Under the pieces are notes generated by a model that ran no database searches, was not told where the DNA came from, and saw nothing but the letters and a program-made list of their open reading frames with translations. A DNA stretch of 40,950 nt from a virus (taxonomy: Duplodnaviria; Caudoviricetes): the IMG/VR virus record IMGVR_UViG_3300027571_000667, positions 1-40,950 of that record. The stretch is one strand, 5' to 3'. Within the stretch, counting starts at the first letter, position 1; each line of letters begins with the position of its first letter. This document shows, piece after piece, positions 34,201 through 40,950 of the stretch. The translations under genes were made by a program, and so were the position numbers.

Positions 34201-36020
34201 TGGCCATTGCCGCCCCAACGTAAATCGTTAATATAAGCATCTAGTGCAAATTCTAAATCTCTCTTACATTTTAGATCATCGCCTGTAAATGTTACAGGTG
34301 CTACTGAAACTACAATAGCATCTTTGCCTGCTATAATTGCTGTTTGAGCCGCTGTCATTGAAGCTGCACCCCATGAAGTATCAGGTACTGTTCTTGTAAC
34401 TGGTAAACTTAATAGTATGTCGCCTTCGTTGATAACATCTCTAATGATTGTTGCAGACGCAACAACTATGTCTGAGTCTGCATTACTAGCAACGCCGTTG
34501 CCTGTACTTTGTGTTTCGCTGTTTCCTGTTGTTTTAGTAATAGTTACATTTTTAACAATGTCATCAAGTATAGTAGCTAAGTGGCCATATGCCGCTACTG
34601 TTTGTGTAATATAATTTGCTGTTTGATCACTCTTACTAAATCCATCATAAAAGAAAAACTTAGCTGAATCATATATAGCACTGTTGCCGCCATATAATAA
34701 ATCATATGATATAGCATTTAAAACAAACAATACATCACGTGTACATTTGAATACATTGTGACTTGCACTTGGATATTGATCTGCTACCCATGCATTAATC
34801 TCTGCCGCAATAAAATCTCTGTTTGCAACTAGTTGGTCTTTAACAGCAACTCTACTTGCTGTGCCGCCTGCTGTTGGATCAGTAAATGTAACAGCTTTTA
34901 AAAATGCAATTTGTTCTTGTTGTGTAGAACTTGCATAGTTAACTCTTGTGCCTGCATCTACTGAAACAGCTCTTAAATTATTGTACCATGTATCTACAGC
35001 AGCATCTGCTGTAGGATCTACACCTGCTAGTGCTTTAACTTGTGTTTGTGAGTTGTCAATTGCTGTAGTAACACTTGCTGGTAATGGATATTCGTTTGAA
35101 TTAGATTCTGCTAAACCTTGGAATGTTGAACCGTAGTTTGTTCCTAGTGTAATGTCTGTACCAATAGCATCTAAGAAGTAACCTAAATCTCTTTGGCATT
35201 TTACAGCCGTGTTACTAATTACACTTTTATCAATAATGTCAAATTTGTTTTCTGTTAAGTACTTTGTTGCTGTTGGGTAAGCATTATACGTACTTTCAGC
35301 TGTACCAGGGGCCTTGCCGCCTAGTGCGTGATCTTCTAATTGTTGTCCTGAACTATTACCAAATTTCAAAGGGTTCTTTCTGATAATAGATTGTGTACGT
35401 CTTACAACAGCAAACTGATCGCCTTGTCCAGTGTCTCTTGTTTCCCAATAGTATCCGTCAAACTTATCAAAGATACCATACTTTTTAACGTCTGGGTTTC
35501 TTGTTGGTTCTCTTTGTCCTGCACCTACTACGTTGCCAGATGCAAACGAACTCTTAATACCAAACGTAGCTGCTGAAACACGTCCTGGTTGATATCTAAA
35601 AAATCTTTTACTTGTTAATATCGCTGTTTCATCTGCTGGTGCTGTAACTTTAGCACCCGACTCTTCAGGTAAGTGTAAAATACCCCATGCTTGGGCGCCG
35701 CCTACTCCTGTATACTGTGTATCTGCATTGCCTACTTCCGAATAATCTGCTGGTACACTAGACCACTCACTTGGGTTAACATCGTATGTGTTAACGTCAG
35801 CAAATATACCTAGTGCAACTTCTGATCTAGGTATACCTAGTAGTGAAAGTGCAACTTCCGATTGTATCTTATTTTGCTCAACGACTGGTATCGCTGTTTG
35901 GTCTGTAGCAACTACAACAGGAATACTGTTTGCAGCCGGTTGTGCGCCGGGTGTAACTGGAGTAGTTCTACCTACGTTTACGACCGAAGCATTGTTGTTA
36001 ATATTGTTTAAACTTGACAT
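31281..36020 (-). CDS. Large putative virion protein (1579 aa) with four KCxRD helical repeats
   Basis: Same conserved blocks as neighbour plus ~860-aa insertion with KCxRD...D...G(G/T)N repeats. Confidence 0.8.
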   Translation of the reverse strand: MSSLNNINNNASVVNVGRTTPVTPGAQPAANSIPVVVATDQTAIPVVEQNKIQSEVALSLLGIPRSEVALGIFADVNTYDVNPSEWSSVPADYSEVGNADTQYTGVGGAQAWGILHLPEESGAKVTAPADETAILTSKRFFRYQPGRVSAATFGIKSSFASGNVVGAGQREPTRNPDVKKYGIFDKFDGYYWETRDTGQGDQFAVVRRTQSIIRKNPLKFGNSSGQQLEDHALGGKAPGTAESTYNAYPTATKYLTENKFDIIDKSVISNTAVKCQRDLGYFLDAIGTDITLGTNYGSTFQGLAESNSNEYPLPASVTTAIDNSQTQVKALAGVDPTADAAVDTWYNNLRAVSVDAGTRVNYASSTQQEQIAFLKAVTFTDPTAGGTASRVAVKDQLVANRDFIAAEINAWVADQYPSASHNVFKCTRDVLFVLNAISYDLLYGGNSAIYDSAKFFFYDGFSKSDQTANYITQTVAAYGHLATILDDIVKNVTITKTTGNSETQSTGNGVASNADSDIVVASATIIRDVINEGDILLSLPVTRTVPDTSWGAASMTAAQTAIIAGKDAIVVSVAPVTFTGDDLKCKRDLEFALDAYINDLRWGGNGHIIANGATYDTGLLADAEREGETHYFFRNKIRDILAGINELGARTKIGDLAKYQIQAVTANGSGAYPAQLGPDGTTGAITNAQIAAATYGQRSKIETIFAVYALYYGYLVSQSLSYDAVTDLPEGATQADFEEVLKFKCVRDVKYVMNGYGSDVQFGGNAATVYNAAKYYSDGALKVYSQTSGGVVAEVNRHVFLKDLLTSTGTVAVTRTDGSAVNLPSMATRFALTTAQTDKLNTLGNLIVNNFTTEYTGAIDYGTAGQFGDLVILRDGLIMVHAAVYDPTLLKKRIKTPAQIDTANDTFTLAEGSVTIGQYVNYYGDCPELTDGKTYWVSNVSGPKGNVIELMDPAVADFDQFDVSASNNIAITLTGAGTSHFIETPVPFIHPTEYNKSFGLAGVEERYDGMFPYLYSSSGVLPAESSDVVIGYIDTAIDTSVDAASLRTQIDDLNFKYKTWTRDHVDPTYYSVYEYRVGRTRFSGDSLDGTTRNSVYSDNVLDKKAGELFLGTGVSAKEQTSVWDMDFSKVTMLKVEFSWYGAVGALFLAYVPVDNGDARWVRVHHLRCSNQLKISSLGNATLPITYLVYGGGSESRFGVPNANRLQNPYGSYSESLVKYGASYYIDGGDRGTVRLFNHSSETPTDVYGSKFKLGVDNTNATDPVTPIMSVTNLDPDTTGRDAPAVSTYYMNARIITGNSQDQNVKVIWVDGNDLYLNKPVSQVSTLNVIVDRPALLYGLKTKDNITSGNGDDVRNRVQVYPTRLSAGADGTVNAKMTLVKTPTFQTTVGTIGSFAINAEVNLNSQYLLSTTNTDFLSQNGDFTYGYFRASLNGSETLISVLGRLEKANDNYFFYPTEIYNGTLVLASAASFLKEGVYDPQGAVLTSSETTFEKERLSSVEVALRAQTPIPGTGTELASYYIAPGAEEFDLATYFDYNKEYISYPLTDQIETLYVATFSNTLNSAAAQVSLSASLTWEEQ

Positions 36021-39000
36021 TAGTTAATTTTCCCTTTGGCTACTACGAAATTGTTTTGTAATGCTACTTGTCCAGCGTTACCTATTACAGTAATATCACC
36101 AAACCCATCACCCAAATCAATACCAATAGTATTGCTTATCGTATTTATTGTTTTTATCGTTCCATTGATTCCTCCCGTTGGAGGAGTTGTATTATGGCCA
36201 ACTAATCTTACTATATCTTCTAAGTTTAGTCCAGCCGTATCAGTTACAGGAACTTCGTAATGACTACCTGCTATCTGATTCCCATTTCCATTAATAGTTT
36301 TCTGTGGTACATATTCTGTTGCAACAATTCTATATACTAATCCTTGTGAGTTAGCATTATTTGCAACTAGTTGTGTATAACTTGCTCTACTAAGTAAGTC
36401 ACTAACCCTTGATGCTACAATACGGAATGCAAAAGCCCCATTTACATCACCATCGTTGGTAAATGCTATGTAATCATCACCACCAAGTGTTTCGCTGTAA
36501 TCTGTTGAAAGTTCTTCAACATTGTTTGTTTTTGTCAACTCGTTTATTATTCCTGTTAACTGTCCTTGATTTGCTGTAAAGTCAAAAAAGTCGCCATTTT
36601 CTTGATACACAAATTGAGGACTATTAAAATCAATTCCGCTTTCTATGTTTATATTTACACTATCAAATTCTGAATTCAATACATCTGGATTAGCAATAAA
36701 CTCACCAGCTGGTCCTAGTAATACGTTTGGTGAAAGTACAATCTTTGTTGCACCGTAAGCAAATATGCCTTCGCCACAGTTATCAACAATGTTAGGTGAT
36801 ACAATACCCTTTTGTACAGCACTAATACTTACTGGCCCAGGATAATCTCTAAATGTGTTGTGTGCAATTTTAATAGTTCTGCACTCGTCTGCATATAATG
36901 GATTCCAATCATAACTATAAGTTAATCCACCACCTGTTATTTCACTGTTTAGAATTGTTAAGTTTTGTGTAATTGATGCATCGTATGCATATATGCCGCC
37001 TCCAATAACATTATCTAACTCTACGTTTTCAAATAGTATATCATTACCATAAAGGTAAACAGCATAGTTCAAATATAGTGTTGTTGTGTCTGTTGTTAAG
37101 TATTGGTTCTGTGCATTACCGTCTATACGTAAATCTCTAATAGTAATGTTACTATATGATGCATAACCAGGCTTTGGTCTTATAAAGTTATTATCGCCAG
37201 TTGATGTATCTGTTGACCAGTATTGTTTTATTAATCTTGTTTGATCACCGCTACCTTTAAGTGTAAACCCATCTGGTATTTCTAATCGTTGTATAAAGTA
37301 TGTTCTATTTTCTAATGATAAACTATTTCTATTCTGTGCTTTAGCTGCATCAATTGCTGTTTGTACAGCAATAGTATCGTCAACAACTACTTCAACAGTT
37401 GATTGATCTGCAAAGTAACTAGTTGCTGTAGTAATCACATTTGTATCTGTGTTTATATTTGTTATTGATGTATCTATAAATCCTAGTTTTGGAGTACCTG
37501 GTGCAACAAGTGGAACATGTACTAGTCCGCTAGTTGCTGTGTACATACCTTGTACTGATTTTTTACTCCACGGTGTTACAGCAAAGTCATAATAGTCAGT
37601 ATAAACAATATTACTTAATGCATTGCCTAATTCTTTTGGTCCTAATACTGTATGTAGTGTATAATCAACTTCAGCACCTACTTTTCTATAAACTAGTATG
37701 TTGTGTGATGAAGAGACTCTACTTACAACAACTTGAATATTTTTATTGTTGTTAAAATCTGTTATTTCGTCTGGTTCAATAGTAACATCTACAGCACTTG
37801 TTACAGCACTTATTTTACCTGAGTTTTGATCCATTTGTGCAACACGATAACTAAATGTTACTTCGTTGCCACTTGCATCTGGTGTAGCAAATCCAACCCT
37901 ACTTACTTGTACACCTAAGTTACTTTGGTCTTGATCAATATTATCTGAACTAGCACCAAATATTCTTAGTTTCATTGACGTTGCTAAAAAGTCAATGTCT
38001 GCTGGATTAACAGTAATTTGATTAGTTGAAGTATCTGTTAATGTAGTACCGTCAAACTTTACACTTGTATTAAATTCTTCGTTAACTGATATTGCACCAC
38101 TGACAATCAAGTTGCCTTTAATACTAACGCCACCATCAACACTTAATGCACCTGTTTCAAAGTCTAATGCAGTTTGTGTACTCTTAATTTTTAAACCAAC
38201 AGCTTGATTTAATTCTAATTTAGTTTCTGTAAGCGTTGCACTTGTTTGGTCATTAGTAACAAATGTAATTGTATCGTCACTAGCACCAGGAGTAGTTTCT
38301 GCACTAACATATGTTAGTCCATCTACTGATCTTACGCCACCTAGTCCGTTCCAGTTATTTCCATCATATCCTTCAAAAATACCTAGTGTACTGTTTAGGC
38401 GCATTGCACCAGCTACATTGGGCGAACGTTCAGCTGTTGTTCCTGCCGGAAGCACTACAGCGTTTGTGCCTACAATATTAACGTAGCCGTTGCCTTTTGG
38501 ATCAAGTGCAATATTACTATTGTCTTGTACAGTTCTAATTGTTGTTCCACTAAACTCTATATTTTCAATACTATCAAATGTTGTAAAACTAAAGTTTCCA
38601 GCGCCGTCTGTTTTAAGAAGATCGCCAGCATCGCCATCAGTAATGCCTAAGTCTGTTAGTGTTGCAGGTATTGTTGGTTTGTTTTGTACATCATCCCATT
38701 GTGGATTTGTTATAGGTAAATCTAAGTATTCAAAATCACCGCCAGCACTTACTGTTAAGTATTGTCCTGCTGTTGGTGTTTGGCTATTGTCGTTAAGTTT
38801 TTCAGGAGTAATAAAGTCATCATCAATTTGACTAAGTGCAATTTGTCCACCTAAGTCAACAAAGTTACTTGCACCACCGCCACCACCACCACCGGAGATA
38901 GTAAGGAACTGTAAGTTACCCGAACCGTCTGTTGCAAGTACCTGACCAATTGTACCATCATCAACATCTAATTGACTAATGCCTATTGTGTTTGCATTAA

Positions 39001-39361
39001 TTAATGCTGCAGCTGTTGTACCTGATAATGCTCCGCCTAACGTTGGTGTCTGGACAGGCAAGTTTTGAAAACTAATTGTACCTGTTCCGTTGGTTGTTAA
39101 GAACTGACCAGTTGCACCGTCACCTATACCTAGTTGTAGTATTGATGTAGGAATTACTGGCTTGTTTTGTAAGTCAGTGTAATCGTTTCTAAACACAGTC
39201 CCATCTACAACTAATTGCGATGCTGTAACTGTTCCTAATGCTGTTATATCAAGAGCATTTACAATGCTACTGTTTGTCAGTAGTAGATTATCACCATCCG
39301 GTAATTCTCTAAACTGGTTACCTGCTGTTGTATCTACTACTAGTGGAAATCTATTGGCCAT
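36020..39361 (-). CDS. Tail fibre/tailspike with C-terminal parallel beta-helix (pectin-lyase-like)
   Basis: GQxLxTDGxG repeats, NKPTIP, LPAGTTAER...FEGYDG; DDTIAVQTAID, TLKGSG, NITIRDLRIDGN. Confidence 0.78.
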   Translation of the reverse strand: MANRFPLVVDTTAGNQFRELPDGDNLLLTNSSIVNALDITALGTVTASQLVVDGTVFRNDYTDLQNKPVIPTSILQLGIGDGATGQFLTTNGTGTISFQNLPVQTPTLGGALSGTTAAALINANTIGISQLDVDDGTIGQVLATDGSGNLQFLTISGGGGGGGASNFVDLGGQIALSQIDDDFITPEKLNDNSQTPTAGQYLTVSAGGDFEYLDLPITNPQWDDVQNKPTIPATLTDLGITDGDAGDLLKTDGAGNFSFTTFDSIENIEFSGTTIRTVQDNSNIALDPKGNGYVNIVGTNAVVLPAGTTAERSPNVAGAMRLNSTLGIFEGYDGNNWNGLGGVRSVDGLTYVSAETTPGASDDTITFVTNDQTSATLTETKLELNQAVGLKIKSTQTALDFETGALSVDGGVSIKGNLIVSGAISVNEEFNTSVKFDGTTLTDTSTNQITVNPADIDFLATSMKLRIFGASSDNIDQDQSNLGVQVSRVGFATPDASGNEVTFSYRVAQMDQNSGKISAVTSAVDVTIEPDEITDFNNNKNIQVVVSRVSSSHNILVYRKVGAEVDYTLHTVLGPKELGNALSNIVYTDYYDFAVTPWSKKSVQGMYTATSGLVHVPLVAPGTPKLGFIDTSITNINTDTNVITTATSYFADQSTVEVVVDDTIAVQTAIDAAKAQNRNSLSLENRTYFIQRLEIPDGFTLKGSGDQTRLIKQYWSTDTSTGDNNFIRPKPGYASYSNITIRDLRIDGNAQNQYLTTDTTTLYLNYAVYLYGNDILFENVELDNVIGGGIYAYDASITQNLTILNSEITGGGLTYSYDWNPLYADECRTIKIAHNTFRDYPGPVSISAVQKGIVSPNIVDNCGEGIFAYGATKIVLSPNVLLGPAGEFIANPDVLNSEFDSVNINIESGIDFNSPQFVYQENGDFFDFTANQGQLTGIINELTKTNNVEELSTDYSETLGGDDYIAFTNDGDVNGAFAFRIVASRVSDLLSRASYTQLVANNANSQGLVYRIVATEYVPQKTINGNGNQIAGSHYEVPVTDTAGLNLEDIVRLVGHNTTPPTGGINGTIKTINTISNTIGIDLGDGFGDITVIGNAGQVALQNNFVVAKGKIN

Positions 39362-39382
39362 TGTTTCTTATCCTATTTACTA

Positions 39383-39390
39383 TATTTATC
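39383..39390 (-). promoter_or_regulatory. Putative late promoter GATAAATA
   Basis: Exact motif overlapping upstream stop; heads the 39361 to 24438 gene run. Confidence 0.6.
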
Positions 39391-39535
39391 GCCTAATATT
39401 TTTAAGTGATTGATCAATAGTGTCTTTAGGATCTCCTTTGATCTTTACTTGTAACCTTGGACCACGATTGGCGATAACTGTTAACCGTCTTCCATTTTCG
39501 TTTGTGACACTTTTTCCTTGTGGACGTTTTGCCAT
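39386..39535 (-). CDS. Small basic protein, 49 aa
   Basis: Read manually: MAKRPQGKSVTNENGRRLTVIANRGPRLQVKIKGDPKDTIDQSLKNIRR; TAATG coupling, AGGA SD. Confidence 0.6.
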   Translation of the reverse strand: MAKRPQGKSVTNENGRRLTVIANRGPRLQVKIKGDPKDTIDQSLKNIRR

Positions 39536-40950
39536 TATGTTCTTCCTACTACTACTTCAACAATGCCTTCTCCAGCATCGTCTTTGGTGCCTACAGCCTT
39601 ACCAATAACAGTACCAACAGTTGGCGTGTTATTAACAACAGCATATCCTCTTAACCCACTTGATACAAGTAAGTCGCCTTTTGCTACTTTACCAATTACC
39701 TTACAAGGTACACGCCCTTGTAGTGCAATACATGTTGCAATGCCTGGACAATCTTGGTTCATAACAAACGCTGGCTCAGCACTTACAACACCAGCAACTC
39801 TATGATCAAGGTGTATGTTTGTTGTAGTAACTTCACTGTCACCACCAAATACTAATACAGTACCAACTTCATACTCTGTGTCTGCTGAATACATCTCAGC
39901 CAAGTCAGCGTAGGTTGATTGTAGTTTAGAACCACTTGACAAACTCCAGTCACCTGTAATAGTACCTGTTGTTGCTGCAGCTCCTGTTGATATAGTTCTT
40001 ACTGTAAGTGTATCAGTAGCTTCTATAGTTACGCCACCAGTGAATGTTTTTAATCCAGCAATACTTTGATTGCCTATTGTGTAAACTCCATTACTAACCG
40101 ATCCAGCATTACCAGTAATACTGCCTGTGGCCGTTCCAGTCCATTCAAGCGTATCGTCTATATAAACTTTACCTGTTCCGTTTGCAGTTAGTGTTAGATC
40201 AGTATCTGCAGTAACACTCGAAATAGCATCTGTGTCAATGCTACCTACAGTTAAACTTGTATCAATGACAACATCTTTAAAGTAACCATTTTTGAATTTT
40301 AAGTTCGCATCACCTAAATTAACACTGTCGTCGTCTTCTGGTGTAATTGCAAGTGTATCAACAGTACCGTTGCCTGTAGTATCTCGCATACCAAAAGTTA
40401 TAGCTTTTTGCGTAGTGCCGTTTGATACAATAATAGCAACATCACCAGCGACTGCTTTACCACTGTATGCACCTATCGCAATACCTGCTGATGTATCACC
40501 TTTTTCGTTTTGTGCTTCAATGAAGTTAGTATAAGTCCATTGTGATGCTACAAACGGTGTTACTGTTGTGCCAGCTGGATTGATTTGAGTTATATCAAAT
40601 GCTGCGTCAGCAGCCGCATGTAATGTGCTTCTATCAAACTGATCTGGATCACTGCCATCATCATCGCCGTCTGGATCTGTTAAGTTTCCTACATTTAGGT
40701 TACCAAATACAGTTGTGTATGCCGGTCTATCATTTGCAGGTGTAGTAATATCTGTTAGTCCACCTGATGCTTGTATGCTCTTGCCGCCCTGTATTGATAG
40801 AAGTGTAAGTATGCCAGTTGCAGCAGACCCAATTCGTGTTAGTACAGTATTGTTGTTAAGTGCATATCCTTGTGCATCAATAATACCAGCAGCATCTGTT
40901 TTTACAAAACTATCTACTTCACCTGTTGTTGTGTCGTTAACTACTAGATA
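39535..40950 (-). CDS. Tail fibre protein with C-terminal intramolecular-chaperone (peptidase G2-like) domain, 5'-truncated
   Basis: Frame is open from 40950 (ORF-track start 40389 is internal); YADLAEMY, VAGVVS, ALQGRVPCKV, KGDLLV, GTVIGKA. Confidence 0.85.
   Translation of the reverse strand, partial: YLVVNDTTTGEVDSFVKTDAAGIIDAQGYALNNNTVLTRIGSAATGILTLLSIQGGKSIQASGGLTDITTPANDRPAYTTVFGNLNVGNLTDPDGDDDGSDPDQFDRSTLHAAADAAFDITQINPAGTTVTPFVASQWTYTNFIEAQNEKGDTSAGIAIGAYSGKAVAGDVAIIVSNGTTQKAITFGMRDTTGNGTVDTLAITPEDDDSVNLGDANLKFKNGYFKDVVIDTSLTVGSIDTDAISSVTADTDLTLTANGTGKVYIDDTLEWTGTATGSITGNAGSVSNGVYTIGNQSIAGLKTFTGGVTIEATDTLTVRTISTGAAATTGTITGDWSLSSGSKLQSTYADLAEMYSADTEYEVGTVLVFGGDSEVTTTNIHLDHRVAGVVSAEPAFVMNQDCPGIATCIALQGRVPCKVIGKVAKGDLLVSSGLRGYAVVNNTPTVGTVIGKAVGTKDDAGEGIVEVVVGRT

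Noticed and set aside
31281-36020. Cyanophage assignment from the phycobiliprotein-like repeats
   Set aside because: No psbA/hli/petF here; LPPVK IscU, ClpA, FdxA and SutA-like genes point to a proteobacterial host. Host remains unproven.
38872-38896. (CCA)n run as a contingency repeat
   Set aside because: In-frame, interrupted triplets encoding an ordinary Gly linker.
1532-40534. Many short opposite-strand ORFs in the track (e.g. 1763..2149, 7310..7726, 8117..8584, 38490..38831)
   Set aside because: Antisense shadows of well-supported genes, with no SD or recognisable motifs.
1-40950. Stop-codon reassignment
   Set aside because: TAA, TAG and TGA all end recognisable full-length genes, and coding density is high under code 11.
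1-40950. tRNA, CRISPR array, DGR, integrase or transposase
   Set aside because: Intergenic gaps are short and were read: no cloverleaf, spaced repeats, reverse transcriptase or recombinase seen.

Overview
AT-rich, gene-dense segment of a large lytic dsDNA myophage (jumbo/T4-like superfamily, standard code 11), almost entirely on the - strand. The host is Gram-negative (two-component spanins) and probably a proteobacterium (IscU, ClpA, FdxA, SutA-like genes). Left half: proteostasis genes (ClpA, peptide deformylase, DnaJ, GroES-like); two IscU genes flanking at least 7 small ORFs; a lysis cassette (GH19 endolysin, Ser-less ACP-like gene, i/o-spanins); PhoH, ThyX, ferredoxin, clamp loader, DEDDh exonuclease, MazG-like enzyme and a DnaE fragment. 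Right half: baseplate and tail genes plus a ~14 kb five-gene block of two paralog families carrying PA14-like, plant-type LRR and four tandem phycobiliprotein-like (KCxRD) domains, which is the most unusual signal. A GATAAATA late-promoter motif recurs at gene starts and three near-consensus sigma70 promoters are present. No tRNA, rRNA, CRISPR array or mobile element was seen. Family assignments come from motif recognition by eye, not from searches.
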